The notes under the pieces: generated by a model
What the model saw: only the letters and a program-made list of their open reading frames with translations
What the model was told of the DNA's origin: nothing
Databases searched by the model: none
Shown here: positions 36,944 to 47,983 of the stretch, piece by piece
How positions within the stretch are numbered: position 1 is the first letter of the stretch
Layout: the number at the start of each line of letters is the position of its first letter
Translations under genes and position numbers: made by a program
Assembly: GCA_012798115.1 (NCBI GenBank)
Contig: JAAZNV010000006.1
Span: 19,232-83,231 of the forward strand
DNA length: 64,000 bases
Direction: 5' to 3'
Origin: a candidate division WWE3 bacterium
Lineage (GTDB): Bacteria; Patescibacteriota; WWE3; UBA101185; UBA10185

Positions 36944-37531
36944 ATGTTAAATAAAATATTTGTGTCTGAAGTGAGAGTTAATATATTAAAATTGCTTCTT
37001 CTTAATCCAAAAAGGAGTTATCACGTAAGAGCTATTGTTAGACATGTTGGTGCAGAAATAAATGCAGTAAGAAGGGAGCTTGAAAATCTTTGTGAAATTG
37101 GTCTTGTTACCAAAAGACAAAGCTCTAATAGAATCTTCCATCAGATAAACACAAACCACCCTTTTTATTCCGACCTTCTTTCTCTCGTAGCTAAGGAGGA
37201 TGGCATAGGTGCTGCTATTGTTAAAAAGGCAAAATACATAGGAAGTATTGACTATGCAGTTTTATCTCTTGCTTTTTTGAGAGGTAGAAAATCTACAGCC
37301 TTAGATGTTGATTTATTTATAGTTGGAAATATTGATATTAAAGTTCTTGAAAGCATTGTAAGGGAAGAAGAAGATAAGACAGGAAGAGAAATAAATTATT
37401 CTGTGATGGATATGGATGAGTTTATGAACAGAAAAAGAACAAACGATCCTTTTATATATAGGGTTCTCACTCAAAGCAGGACAATGCTGATTGGTGATGA
37501 TGAGAAGTTTTGTGCAGTAATAAATGCTTAA
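36944..37531 (+). CDS. Winged-helix transcriptional regulator-like protein.
   Basis: N-terminal wHTH-like (VRVNILKLLLLNPKRSYHVRAIVRHVGAEINAVRRELENLCEIGLV). Confidence 0.4.
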   Translation: MLNKIFVSEVRVNILKLLLLNPKRSYHVRAIVRHVGAEINAVRRELENLCEIGLVTKRQSSNRIFHQINTNHPFYSDLLSLVAKEDGIGAAIVKKAKYIGSIDYAVLSLAFLRGRKSTALDVDLFIVGNIDIKVLESIVREEEDKTGREINYSVMDMDEFMNRKRTNDPFIYRVLTQSRTMLIGDDEKFCAVINA

Positions 37532-38864
37532 AAATGATTACTTTAAAGCAGTTTTAATTTCTTTTCTTTTTTCTTTATCTGTTCTTGTTGTTCTCCCTAA
37601 AATCCCAGTGTTTGTTAATAGTAAGCTGTATAAAGTAGACTCGTATGTTGGAGGATATCAAATTAAGATAGGATCGTTAAATCTTGATTTATCAAGATTT
37701 AGGAGTGGTGTAGATGTTCAAGGCGGGGATAAAATAATATTGAAAGTTGAAGACTTTGAACAACAAGATAAAGGTAAATACTTATCTTCTTTAGTTGAGG
37801 TGGTTATAAGAAGACTTCTTTTAGCTGGGTACTCTGATTTTAGCGTGGGGATAGAAAATGCAAATAACGGGGAAGTCTATATTCTTGTTCCAGAATTTTT
37901 AGATTCTTCTAAAATTAGTAGTTTAGTAAGTGGAAGTGGGGATATAGAAATTAAAAAGTTAAAGGATCCAAATAAATGGAGTGCTGAAGTAGCTTCTGAA
38001 TTAATTTCAGAACCTTCCGAATGGGTATCTACTGGTTTAACTAGACAAGATATTGAAGATTTAAGGTTAATAAGAAACACATCTGGACAGGATCAAATTC
38101 AGCTTATATTCACTCCCGAAGGAAAAGATAAGTTTAAAGAATTTCTTAAGGATATTTTAAATAAACCTTTTAGTATCAATGTAAACGGTTCGCCCCAACC
38201 TATTGCTGCACCAGTAGTGTCACAAAGCTTAGTTGACCAACCAAATTTAGATCCAGTTATTACAGGTGGGTTTGAAACAAATACTGTTAAAGATTATATA
38301 GTTCAAATGAAAAATCCAATCTTATCACATTTAAATGTTTCTGTTAATAAGGGTGTAAAAGCACAACTAGGAGATAACTTTTTAAATAAGTGTATCTTAT
38401 CAGTTCTTATTGGAATTTTAGTTTCATTTGTTTTTTTTACCTTAAAGTTCAAAAGTTATGGTGTAATAGGAAGTGTTTCTTTAATGCTGTCTTTAATACT
38501 TTTTTGTGCACTCTTTAAAGTTTTTTCTTTAGTAATTAATGTTTTTAGCATAGTTTCTTTTGTCATTTTTTATACTGTACTACTTGAATTTACTAATTTA
38601 GTTTTGTTAAATATCTCGTCTTCAAGTTCATCAAGTAAACCTAGAAATTTAGCTGTACGACAAGCTTTTAGTGTAAATATTGAGAGTTTGAAACTAATTT
38701 TAGTTTCTTTCCTTTCTTTTGCTTTTGTATTTTCTTTTTATGTTCACGACAATACTAAATATTTCTTATCAACTTTAGTACTTGGAGCCTTAGTTATAGT
38801 TTTTCATTATTTTTATTTATTAAAAACTTTTATTGAGTTATTTGGAGGAGAAGATGAAAAGTAG
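37524..38864 (+). CDS. SecD-like protein-export membrane protein (divergent).
   Basis: RSGVDVQGGDKIILKV resembles the SecD GLDLRGG periplasmic motif; C-terminal polytopic region with an odd SSSSSS run. Confidence 0.4.
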   Translation: MLKNDYFKAVLISFLFSLSVLVVLPKIPVFVNSKLYKVDSYVGGYQIKIGSLNLDLSRFRSGVDVQGGDKIILKVEDFEQQDKGKYLSSLVEVVIRRLLLAGYSDFSVGIENANNGEVYILVPEFLDSSKISSLVSGSGDIEIKKLKDPNKWSAEVASELISEPSEWVSTGLTRQDIEDLRLIRNTSGQDQIQLIFTPEGKDKFKEFLKDILNKPFSINVNGSPQPIAAPVVSQSLVDQPNLDPVITGGFETNTVKDYIVQMKNPILSHLNVSVNKGVKAQLGDNFLNKCILSVLIGILVSFVFFTLKFKSYGVIGSVSLMLSLILFCALFKVFSLVINVFSIVSFVIFYTVLLEFTNLVLLNISSSSSSSKPRNLAVRQAFSVNIESLKLILVSFLSFAFVFSFYVHDNTKYFLSTLVLGALVIVFHYFYLLKTFIELFGGEDEK

Positions 38865-39411
38865 TTACTTAGCTGATTTTATTTTTGATAAAGAAGTTTT
38901 ATCTTTTACTATTTTTTCTTTGGTACTTGTACTTGTTTATTGTTACCTATTGTTTAATAAATATTCTTTTAAATTTTTCATTAAAATATTTCTATCTGCT
39001 TCCTTAGCTTTTATATCTAGTCTTGTCTTATTACGTTTTTCCTTTGCTTTTGTATCTTTGCTTTCTAGAGGAGTCGACAATCAATTTGTTATTGCTTCTG
39101 CTATGTTTTTCTTTCTTTATTCCACTACCATGATTTCTAGATACTTAATACATTTGAAAAATGCTTTGCCAAAGGGAAAAAGAACCACTTCTTTAAGTGA
39201 TATCTTAAGTGATGTTAAAAAAGAAAAAAGGTTTGAGTTGATGTATTCGTCCTCCTTTTTACTTATGCTCTCGTTATCAATTATTTTCTTTAGTAATGGA
39301 AGAATAAATACTCTTGTTATTCTTTTGTTAGTATCAAGTATTTTATCTTTGATATCTTGTCTTTTTATTCTTCCTTGTTTTTTAAGATTATTTGAAAAAG
39401 TATTTAAGTAA
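38833..39411 (+). CDS. Polytopic membrane protein, possibly a degenerate SecF-like partner.
   Basis: Hydrophobic and low-complexity; placed by position only. Confidence 0.3.
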   Translation: MSYLEEKMKSSYLADFIFDKEVLSFTIFSLVLVLVYCYLLFNKYSFKFFIKIFLSASLAFISSLVLLRFSFAFVSLLSRGVDNQFVIASAMFFFLYSTTMISRYLIHLKNALPKGKRTTSLSDILSDVKKEKRFELMYSSSFLLMLSLSIIFFSNGRINTLVILLLVSSILSLISCLFILPCFLRLFEKVFK

Positions 39412-39444
39412 AAATATATTGCAAAATATTGATAATATACTGTT

Positions 39445-41073
39445 ATGTTTAACTGGAATGTTCTTGGAAAATATGATCCTGGAAAAGATGTTATTGAAAC
39501 TATTCTTAAGAATAGAGGAATAAAAAATGTAAAAGAATTCCTTTCCAATAAGACTTTAAATGAGTGTTTTGATCAAATGCCTAAAGACTTTAAAAAGTCT
39601 TTAAATGAAGCAAAGGATATTGTTGATACTGCAATAAAAAAGGATATTCCTATTGTTGTCTTTGGTGACTACGACTCAGATGGAATAAACGCTACAGCTA
39701 TTCTTTATAATTTCTTTAAAGATGAAAAAGGTTATGAGAATATTCATTACTTTATTCCTAATAGATTTGAACATAGTTATGGAATAACTATTAGTGCAAT
39801 AGACGATATTTTAAGAAAATTTAAGAAGGAAAAAGAGATGTTGTTTATCACAGTAGATGTAGGCATTACTGCTTATAAAGAAATTGAGTATATTAAAAGC
39901 TTAGGTCATAAGGTGATTCTTACTGATCATCACCAAAGGCCTGATAAAATTCCTAATGCAGACTGTGTATTATGGTCAGATCAAATATGTGGTGCTGTAA
40001 TATCATGGATTTTAAGTAAAGCCTTGGGATCCAAGAATAAGCAAAGTCTTGCAAATGCTGCCCTTGCAACAATTACAGACCTTCAAACCCTTGTAGGATT
40101 TAATAGAGTAGTTGTTAAATATGGTCTTAGTATTTTAAATAACAATCCACCTCTTGGTTTAAAAAAACTCCTTAGTATATCTGGAAAAGAAGAAGGAGAA
40201 ATAACAACATATGAATTAGGATGGGTTCTTGGACCTAGATTAAATGCTTCAGGAAGATTAGAAACTGCAGAAGATTCAATTAGGTTATTAATTGAAAAAG
40301 ATGAAAAGGTGTTAAGTGAATTAGCATTAAAGTTAAATACGAAAAATATTCAAAGGCAGGAAAAAACGTTAGAGATGTATGAAATAGCATCGGAGTTTAA
40401 AGATAATAATTTACCAAAGATAATTTTCTCCGTGGATAAGAAGTATCATGAAGGTATTATTGGCTTAGTTGCAGCAAAACTAACTCAAAAATACTACAGA
40501 CCTTCTATTGTTATATGCTTGATGGATAAATATGGGAAGGGATCTGTAAGGTCTGTTCCTGGAGTAAATATTATTGAAATACTTAGGAAATATGAAGACT
40601 TATTCATTGATCTTGGTGGTCATCCAATGGCTGCTGGTTTTACTATTGATAAAGAAAACATTGATAAGTTTAAGAAGAAAATAGAAAAGTATGCAGAAGA
40701 AAACATTAATGAAAAAGATTTAATTCCATCAATAAATATAGATTTAAATATTCCTGCTAACTTAATAAGTGAGAAATTAGTAAATTTGATTGATAGCTTA
40801 AAGCCGTTTGGACTTGGAAATGATCAACCTGTGTTTTTAACTCAAAACTTGGGAGTGGTTTCTTGTGATATGATAGGCAAGAATCAACAACACTTAAAGT
40901 TAAGTTTATATGATGGAAAGAAATACTACAAAGCTGTGTACTTTGATGGAGCTAAAAGTTGTAAAGGTTTAAATATTGGGTCAAAGATTGATTTAGTTTA
41001 TACATTGAAGAAAAATGAGTACAATGGTAATAGAAATATTGATTTGATAGTAAAGGATTTTAGAAAGGTTTAA
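39445..41073 (+). CDS. recJ: Single-stranded-DNA-specific exonuclease RecJ.
   Basis: DHH motifs (VVFGDYDSDGINATAIL, TDHH), DHHA1-like region, C-terminal OB. Confidence 0.9.
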   Translation: MFNWNVLGKYDPGKDVIETILKNRGIKNVKEFLSNKTLNECFDQMPKDFKKSLNEAKDIVDTAIKKDIPIVVFGDYDSDGINATAILYNFFKDEKGYENIHYFIPNRFEHSYGITISAIDDILRKFKKEKEMLFITVDVGITAYKEIEYIKSLGHKVILTDHHQRPDKIPNADCVLWSDQICGAVISWILSKALGSKNKQSLANAALATITDLQTLVGFNRVVVKYGLSILNNNPPLGLKKLLSISGKEEGEITTYELGWVLGPRLNASGRLETAEDSIRLLIEKDEKVLSELALKLNTKNIQRQEKTLEMYEIASEFKDNNLPKIIFSVDKKYHEGIIGLVAAKLTQKYYRPSIVICLMDKYGKGSVRSVPGVNIIEILRKYEDLFIDLGGHPMAAGFTIDKENIDKFKKKIEKYAEENINEKDLIPSINIDLNIPANLISEKLVNLIDSLKPFGLGNDQPVFLTQNLGVVSCDMIGKNQQHLKLSLYDGKKYYKAVYFDGAKSCKGLNIGSKIDLVYTLKKNEYNGNRNIDLIVKDFRKV

Positions 41074-41082
41074 CTTAGTTAT

Positions 41083-42375
41083 ATGGAAAGAACTTATATT
41101 AAGGATTTAAAAGATCAAGTTGGTAAGCAGGTTAAGGTCTATGGTTTTGTACAAACTATTAGAAAGCAAGGTGGAATAGTATTTTTAATTATTAGAGATG
41201 TTACTGGAATAGTACAAGCGGTTGTTTTAAAAGGAGATCTTCTTGTTTTTGAAGAGGTTTCAGACCTTTCTCTTGAGTCTGTTGTTGAGTTAGAAGGCTT
41301 AATTAAAGAAGAAAAACAAGCCCCAAGTGGGTTTGAAATGAAGGTAGATAAAATTAAAGTCTTATCTAAGGCAGAACCAGAACTTCCAATTCCAGTTGTT
41401 GAAGAAAAAGGTGGAAATGAAACTGATGTTACCAAGAGACTTGACTGGAGGTGGCTTGATTTAAGAAAAGAAAAAAACCTTTTAATTTTTAAGGTTTGGA
41501 CAGAGTTGGAAAAGGGTTTTAGAAAGTATTTTAGTGATAATGATTATGTTCAGATATACACTCCATCTTTCATGGGTACTTCTAGTGAGACAGGAGCTGA
41601 TGTTTTTGAAGTTAAATATTTCAATACAGTAGCATATCTTTCACAATCTCCTCAGTTTTATAAACAAATGGGGATGGCGTGTGGATTTGAGAAGGTTTTT
41701 GTTGTAGGGCCGGTATTTAGAGCAGAGCCATCATTTACTACAAGGCATACCACAGAATTTACTGGATGGGATTTTGAAATTTCATATGTTAATTCACATG
41801 AAGATGTTATGTCTGAGGAAGAGAAAATGTTAGTTGAGGGATTTAAGAATCTTAAAGAAAATCTTAGTTTGGACATTGAAGTTCCTTCTATTCCTTTCCC
41901 AAGAATTACTATGGAAGAAGCAAAAAAGAAATTAAATATGGCAGGAGTAAAAAGTGACAAAAAATACGATTTAGCTGGAGAAGAGGAAGTAGCTTTAGGA
42001 GAAATAATCAAAAAAGAGTTTAATCATGATTTTGTGTTTGTTACAGATTGGCCTATTGAAGGAAGACCTTTTTACCATATGAGATATGAGGAGAATCCTT
42101 CTATCACAAAGAGTTACGACCTTTTATATAAAGGTCTTGAGATAACAACAGGGAGTCAGAGAGAACACAGATACGATGTATTAAGAAAACAAGCTGAAGA
42201 AAAAGGAATGGATACTGCACCATTACAGGATTATTTAAATTTCTTTAGATATGGTTGCCCCCCACATGGTGGTGCTGGGATAGGACCTGGAAGAATGATA
42301 ATGAAAATATTAAATATTCCAAGTCTTAAGGAAGTTACATACCTTCCAAGAGATGTTAAGAGGTTAAGACCTTAA
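41083..42375 (+). CDS. aspS: Class IIb aspartyl-tRNA synthetase, archaeal/eukaryotic type (possibly non-discriminating; AsnRS not excluded by eye).
   Basis: N-terminal OB, SQSPQFYKQM, FRAEPS..RHTTEF, GCPPHGGAGIGPGRMIM; about 430 aa, like type-2 AspRS. Confidence 0.75.
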   Translation: MERTYIKDLKDQVGKQVKVYGFVQTIRKQGGIVFLIIRDVTGIVQAVVLKGDLLVFEEVSDLSLESVVELEGLIKEEKQAPSGFEMKVDKIKVLSKAEPELPIPVVEEKGGNETDVTKRLDWRWLDLRKEKNLLIFKVWTELEKGFRKYFSDNDYVQIYTPSFMGTSSETGADVFEVKYFNTVAYLSQSPQFYKQMGMACGFEKVFVVGPVFRAEPSFTTRHTTEFTGWDFEISYVNSHEDVMSEEEKMLVEGFKNLKENLSLDIEVPSIPFPRITMEEAKKKLNMAGVKSDKKYDLAGEEEVALGEIIKKEFNHDFVFVTDWPIEGRPFYHMRYEENPSITKSYDLLYKGLEITTGSQREHRYDVLRKQAEEKGMDTAPLQDYLNFFRYGCPPHGGAGIGPGRMIMKILNIPSLKEVTYLPRDVKRLRP

Positions 42376-42389
42376 GGAGTATAAATAAA

Positions 42390-43412
42390 ATGACCCTTTC
42401 CTTCCCAAGAAAAGTTATTCTTTACTTAGTTGAAGTTGGTATAAGAGTCCTTTGGGTCATTGATAAGATTACAAACTTTAGCTTAAGGGATTTGTTGTCT
42501 TTTCTAAAGGTATTTTTTGCTTCAGTTATAAGTCTTATCTTTGTATTATTTCTTGTTTATTCTTATCGTTTTGACTATTTAAAGATGGTTGCAGAAGGAT
42601 TATTTTTAAGCAATGATCCTATATCTAATAGTGCCTTTATTTCTTCTCCTATAGTCGTTAGAAAAATACCTGAACCTCAAATATCTGCAAAGTCGGCTTT
42701 AGCTGTTGATAGAAAAACAAACAAAGTGCTATTTGAAAAAGAGCCTTCTTTGAAAGTTCTTCCTGCTTCGACAGTTAAGCTAATGACTGCTGCTGTTTCT
42801 TTGGACGTTTATAAACTTGATGAAGAAGTAGAAGTTTCAAGATATTGTTCCAGCATAGAAGGAACAAAAGCAATGCTTCCTGAAGGCAAAGTTTTTAAGG
42901 TTTCTGATTTGATTAGTGTAATGCTTGTAGGTTCAGCTGGTGATGCTGCTTGTACACTTGCAACGTTTAAAATATCAGAAAAGGATTTTGTTGGTTTAAT
43001 GAACAAAAAAGCTAAGGAAATTGGTATGGAATTGACTAAGTTTTCAAATCCTGTAGGTTTGGAGAATATAAATGGGGGACATTATTCCACAGCTTGGGAT
43101 TTATATAAACTTGCTAAGTATGCTACATCCATTTCTTTTATTAAAGATGTTGTTGGGAAAAATAATTATATTATTTCATCTGTAGATAACTCATTTTCTA
43201 CTACTTTAATGAATACAAATAAGCTTTTGTGGGAAGTTCCAGGAACTATTGGTGTAAAAACAGGTACTACAGAAAATGCTGGAGAAGTTTTAGTTTATGA
43301 ATATAAGGATGGTATTGAGGATGTAATCATTGTTGTAATGGGAAGTAAAGATAGATTTGGAGACACTAAATTAATTCTTAACTGGATAAACAATAGTTAT
43401 TCTTGGAATTAA
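42390..43412 (+). CDS. D-alanyl-D-alanine carboxypeptidase (peptidase S11, PBP5-like).
   Basis: SxxK active site ASTVKLMT, N-terminal TM, SGN-like region (GSAGDAA). Confidence 0.8.
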   Translation: MTLSFPRKVILYLVEVGIRVLWVIDKITNFSLRDLLSFLKVFFASVISLIFVLFLVYSYRFDYLKMVAEGLFLSNDPISNSAFISSPIVVRKIPEPQISAKSALAVDRKTNKVLFEKEPSLKVLPASTVKLMTAAVSLDVYKLDEEVEVSRYCSSIEGTKAMLPEGKVFKVSDLISVMLVGSAGDAACTLATFKISEKDFVGLMNKKAKEIGMELTKFSNPVGLENINGGHYSTAWDLYKLAKYATSISFIKDVVGKNNYIISSVDNSFSTTLMNTNKLLWEVPGTIGVKTGTTENAGEVLVYEYKDGIEDVIIVVMGSKDRFGDTKLILNWINNSYSWN

Positions 43413-43430
43413 GTTTTAGCAAGATTGTAT

Positions 43431-44570
43431 TTATTGACTTGGCGGAGTTGTTTGTTTTGTATACTGACCAGCCACAGCAGGGAAATAAATAGCAATATCT
43501 CCTCCAGAAGCTCCTCTGGTTGTGTATGTTCCACTAAAGACATATATAGGCTGCATATACTTTTGATAGTTTGGAGTTTCATAATAAGCAAGAAATATAT
43601 TATCTATTAATATTCTTTCTATATTAACTGGTGTATTTGTGTCAAAAGGATTTGCTTCCTTTGGGGTTACCATCGTTATCACACCTCTTCCTCCTTTTAC
43701 TGCATCCCATGCTTCTTTTGGAGATATTATTGGATATGTTGCATTTGAAGGTGTAACTATTTCCCAGTAATATGCTTCAATCATAGGATGATTCATTGGG
43801 TATTTTCCTTGAGACTTGTCTCTAACAATACATCTTAGCAGCCCCTTTGAAGGATCAGGCCCAAGTATTTGATATGAATTTATTGATCTGTAAAAATCAA
43901 CTAAGGCTACTTGAGCTTCTCTAATGTCTGTTGTTTCGTATAGTTTATTACCAAGATAACTGCCTAGTTTTACAGCTTGAGTTCCTTCAGTATATAAAGA
44001 ATCTTCAAACCTAAATATTGATGTAAACAATGCCTTTGCTGCTTCTATGGCCGTTTGTTGATTTATAGATCCAGGTGAGAAATCTATGTTTCTGCCGTTT
44101 AAATTTGTACTTAACTCCAGCTTCCTTGTTTCTATTTCTATTGTTAGTAAACTTCCTGTACTAGAGTTTCTCCATTTATATATATCTCCTTTTAAATCAG
44201 ATATTAGGTCTTTTTCTGTAAATCCTAACGTGTTGGCATCTGCAATTGCATTTTTTCCTGCAAGATATGAATACTGTTGAGGTTTAAATTTATAGACAAT
44301 CATTTTATCTGGAAAGTTAGTAGGAAGTCTTCCATCTTTTGTGTTTAGTACATATTCTGGTGTATTTTGCCCTATTGGCTTTTCAACAAACTCTAGTGGA
44401 TCTAATAGACCAAAGGATATATTAGCAGGTTCTTTCTTTGAGAATATAGCCTTAATTAAGCTTGCTGATCCTGGTGCTATTACTAATATGATTAAGTAGT
44501 AAGATACAAAAAATATTAATAAGTACTTACCAAACTTTTTGATAATATTAGAAATGTTGGTTAAGTTCAT
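43431..44570 (-). CDS. Membrane-anchored hypothetical protein (379 aa).
   Basis: N-terminal TM (LLIFFVSYYLIILVIAPG); no motif recognised. Confidence 0.4.
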   Translation of the reverse strand: MNLTNISNIIKKFGKYLLIFFVSYYLIILVIAPGSASLIKAIFSKKEPANISFGLLDPLEFVEKPIGQNTPEYVLNTKDGRLPTNFPDKMIVYKFKPQQYSYLAGKNAIADANTLGFTEKDLISDLKGDIYKWRNSSTGSLLTIEIETRKLELSTNLNGRNIDFSPGSINQQTAIEAAKALFTSIFRFEDSLYTEGTQAVKLGSYLGNKLYETTDIREAQVALVDFYRSINSYQILGPDPSKGLLRCIVRDKSQGKYPMNHPMIEAYYWEIVTPSNATYPIISPKEAWDAVKGGRGVITMVTPKEANPFDTNTPVNIERILIDNIFLAYYETPNYQKYMQPIYVFSGTYTTRGASGGDIAIYFPAVAGQYTKQTTPPSQ

Positions 44571-44613
44571 TGCTTATATATTATAACAATACTTTTCATG
44601 TTAGAATCCTGTT

Positions 44614-46074
44614 ATGAAGATTCGTACAAGGCTTGCTCCTAGCCCGACTGGAGAAATTCATGTAGGAACCATGAGAACTTTGCTTTATGACTATGCTTTA
44701 GCAAAGCAAACAAGTGGCGAATTAATATTAAGAATTGAAGATACAGATAGAGAAAGGTATGTAGAAGGAGCTGAAGAAAGAGCTTTGAAAGTCATAGAAG
44801 ATTATGGACTTTCTTGGGATGAAGGTCCTAAAGTTGGTGGTCCTCAAGAGCCTTACTTTCAATCACAAAGATTAGATATTTATAAGAAATATGCTATAGA
44901 GCTTGTAGAAAAAGGCTTTGCTTATTATTGTTTTTGTACTCAAGAAAGATTGGAGAAGTTAAGAGAAGAGCAAAGAAAAGAAAAATTAGCTGTAACTAAG
45001 TATGATAAGCATTGTTTAAGCTTAACTAAAGAAGAAGTAGAAAAAAACCTTAAAGAAGGCATTCCTTATGTAATTAGACTTAAAGTTCCTAGTAACGAAG
45101 AAATTGAAGTAGAAGATTTAGTTTTAGGGAAGTTAACATTTCCTTCAAATGATATAGACGATCAAGTTTTAATGAAGTCTGATGGCTTTCCTACATATCA
45201 CTTAGCGGTTGTTGTAGATGATCATTTAATGAATATTACTCATATTTTAAGAGGAAGAGAATGGCTACCTTCTACTCCTAAACACGTGTTGTTGTATAAA
45301 GCTTTTGGCTGGAGACCTCCTAAATTTGTTCATTTACCCTTGTTAAGGGAAGTTAACAGCACAAAGAAGTTATCTAAAAGAACAGGATCTGTTAATGCTG
45401 CAGATTTTCTTAAAGATGGTTATCTTCCTGAGGCTTTATTGAATTTCATGATGTTTTTAGGTTGGAATCCTGGAACAGAAAAAGAAATATATTCCTTAGA
45501 AGAATTTGTTAAAGACTTTTCTATTGGAAAAATACAAACGTCGGAAATGGCAGCTTTTGATAGACAAAAATTGTTATGGTTTAACGGTATGTATATCAGG
45601 AATATGAGCACAGAAGAATTATGGAATAAAGTAGTTTTATGGCATGAAAGGTATTTAGAAAAGATGGATTTTGGTAAGTATAAAAAAGAATTTTCCTTGA
45701 AAGTTTTGGATTTAGTTAAAGAAAGAATGAAAACCTTAGCAGAATTTAACGACCTTACTTCTTACTTTTATTTTAAGCCTTTTGTTGATAAAAGTAAGTT
45801 CATTGAATTTTCTGTAAGTTTAGATAAAGCAAAGGAAATAATTAAGAATTATCTTGATTTATATAGAAATATTCCTAGTGAAGAGTGGACTAAAGATAAT
45901 TTAGATAAGTTATCACATGAGTATTTAAGCAAATATAATTACAAACCTAAAGAAGCATTTATGACGTTAAGATATGCAACTTGTGGAGTAAGTTTCACGC
46001 CTCCATTGTTTGATGTCTTTAATCTAATAGGTAAAGAAGAAACTACTAGTAGGTTAGAAGATTCCTTAAGATAG
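44614..46074 (+). CDS. gltX: Glutamyl-tRNA synthetase.
   Basis: RLAPSPTGEIHVGT (HIGH-like) and KLSKR (KMSKS) class I motifs. Confidence 0.9.
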   Translation: MKIRTRLAPSPTGEIHVGTMRTLLYDYALAKQTSGELILRIEDTDRERYVEGAEERALKVIEDYGLSWDEGPKVGGPQEPYFQSQRLDIYKKYAIELVEKGFAYYCFCTQERLEKLREEQRKEKLAVTKYDKHCLSLTKEEVEKNLKEGIPYVIRLKVPSNEEIEVEDLVLGKLTFPSNDIDDQVLMKSDGFPTYHLAVVVDDHLMNITHILRGREWLPSTPKHVLLYKAFGWRPPKFVHLPLLREVNSTKKLSKRTGSVNAADFLKDGYLPEALLNFMMFLGWNPGTEKEIYSLEEFVKDFSIGKIQTSEMAAFDRQKLLWFNGMYIRNMSTEELWNKVVLWHERYLEKMDFGKYKKEFSLKVLDLVKERMKTLAEFNDLTSYFYFKPFVDKSKFIEFSVSLDKAKEIIKNYLDLYRNIPSEEWTKDNLDKLSHEYLSKYNYKPKEAFMTLRYATCGVSFTPPLFDVFNLIGKEETTSRLEDSLR

Positions 46075-46193
46075 TTTTATATTCTTCCTCTATTTAAAAT
46101 AGAAAAGATCATTTGCTAAATGTCTTTATATTGGTAAAATTTAAGTAACAAATTTAAGTAAAGATTCTTAAGAATCCTAAAAGGAGGACTCCA

Positions 46194-47285
46194 ATGACTG
46201 TAAAAGTTGCATCAAAAGTAAAAGAAAAAACACCTGCTCAACAAGGTAAAGATTTGGCCTTGAAGACCGCAATAGATCAAATAGAAAAGAGCTTTGGAAA
46301 GGGTTCAATTATGAAGCTTGGGGAAAATGTTGGAGAAAGATCTGTACCTGTTATTCCTACTGGTTCTATTGCTTTAGATATTGCACTTGGAGTTGGAGGA
46401 GTTCCAAGAGGTAGAATTATTGAAATCTTTGGACCGGAATCTTCAGGAAAAACGACGTTAGTTCAACACATAATTGCAGAGACTCAAAAGCTTGGTGGAA
46501 CTGCTGCTCTTATTGATGCTGAAAATGCTTTTGATCCTAACTATGCAGAGAAAACTGGAGTAGATGTTGAAAATCTTTTAGTGTCTCAACCTGATACTGG
46601 GGAGCAAGCTTTGGAGATTGCAGAAACTTTAATTAGGTCTAATGCAGTAGATCTGGTTGCAATTGATTCTGTTGCAGCACTTGTGCCAAGAGCAGAAATT
46701 GAAGGTGATATTGGAGAAAGCCATGTTGCTATGCAAGCAAGACTTATGAGCCAAGCTTTAAGAAGATTAAGTGGTGCAATAAGTAGATCAAAGTGTACTG
46801 TGATTTTTACTAACCAACTAAGAATGATGATTGGAGTCATGTTTGGAAACCCTGAAACTACCTCAGGAGGAAAAGCTTTAAGATATTATGCTTCAGTGAG
46901 AATAGATCTTAGAAAGATTGAATCATTAAAAAAGGGTGATGAATTTTTTGGAATAAGAGTAAAAGCTAAAGTTGTTAAGAACAAAGTAGCACCTCCATTT
47001 AGGTCAGCTGAGTTTGATGTTTTGTTCAATGAGGGAATAAGTAAGGAAGGAAATTTGCTTGATGTTGGAGTTGATCTTGGAGTTGTTAAGAAAAGTGGGG
47101 CATGGCTTGAGTTCAATGGAGAAAAAATAGGACAAGGTAAAGATGCTGCAAGGCAGTTTATTAGAGAAAATCCTAAAGTGGGCGGGGATATAGAAAAAGC
47201 TATTAGGTCTGCTATGAAACAAAAAGGAGGGGTGCCTTTAAACATTGGATCTGACGAAGAAGAAAAAGTACCTACAGAAGAATAA
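46194..47285 (+). CDS. recA: Recombinase RecA.
   Basis: GPESSGKTT Walker A, canonical RecA core, no intein (363 aa). Confidence 0.95.
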   Translation: MTVKVASKVKEKTPAQQGKDLALKTAIDQIEKSFGKGSIMKLGENVGERSVPVIPTGSIALDIALGVGGVPRGRIIEIFGPESSGKTTLVQHIIAETQKLGGTAALIDAENAFDPNYAEKTGVDVENLLVSQPDTGEQALEIAETLIRSNAVDLVAIDSVAALVPRAEIEGDIGESHVAMQARLMSQALRRLSGAISRSKCTVIFTNQLRMMIGVMFGNPETTSGGKALRYYASVRIDLRKIESLKKGDEFFGIRVKAKVVKNKVAPPFRSAEFDVLFNEGISKEGNLLDVGVDLGVVKKSGAWLEFNGEKIGQGKDAARQFIRENPKVGGDIEKAIRSAMKQKGGVPLNIGSDEEEKVPTEE

Positions 47286-47294
47286 AATTAAGGC

Positions 47295-47798
47295 ATGGAA
47301 GAAAAAAAACTTAATGAAGCATATGAAAAAACATACTTCAAGATGCTTAACTTTGTATCGTATAGGTTAAGAAGTGAAAAGGAAGTATTGGATAGGCTTG
47401 AAAAATACTTGTCAAAATTCTCTTTACCAAAAGATTCAAGTGATAGTGTTAAATCCAAAGTTTTATCCAAACTTGAAGACGATGGGTATTTAAACGATGT
47501 GAAGTTTGCTTCTTCTTATGTTAAGGGTTTGATATTTTCTAATAAACCAGTAAGTAACATGAAAATTTTTCAGTTCTTGTTGAAAAGAGGAGTTTCTAAG
47601 GAAGTTATTATGAATGTTTTGAGTAGTGACTTACCGTCTGATTTCCTTCTAAAAAATGCTCTTAAAGAAGGAGAAAAGAAGAAAAATTCTTTAAGAGATG
47701 TTAATCCATATACATTAAAAAGAAAGCTTTTAGATTACTTATACAAAAAAGGTTATCCTTCAGAAGTCATTCATTCTGTGATTGACAGTTTGTTGTAG
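47295..47798 (+). CDS. recX: RecX-like regulatory protein.
   Basis: Directly downstream of recA; helical-repeat composition typical of RecX. Confidence 0.6.
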   Translation: MEEKKLNEAYEKTYFKMLNFVSYRLRSEKEVLDRLEKYLSKFSLPKDSSDSVKSKVLSKLEDDGYLNDVKFASSYVKGLIFSNKPVSNMKIFQFLLKRGVSKEVIMNVLSSDLPSDFLLKNALKEGEKKKNSLRDVNPYTLKRKLLDYLYKKGYPSEVIHSVIDSLL

Positions 47799-47983
47799 TT
47801 GCAATAAAATCAACTCACGGAATTTGCTATGAAGAAATATTTTGCAATTACATTAAAACCGGAGAATTGTTCCTTTAATACCAAGGCGGATCGGATGTAA
47901 TTACTCAATTTCATGCAAATCCAAAGTATTTAAAACCTTAATATTTGAGGTTGATTTTATGTTTAATATGGAGGTAAAAACTT

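Noticed and set aside
46194-47285. Checked recA for an intein or unusual insertion.
   Set aside because: 363 aa, a canonical uninterrupted RecA core.
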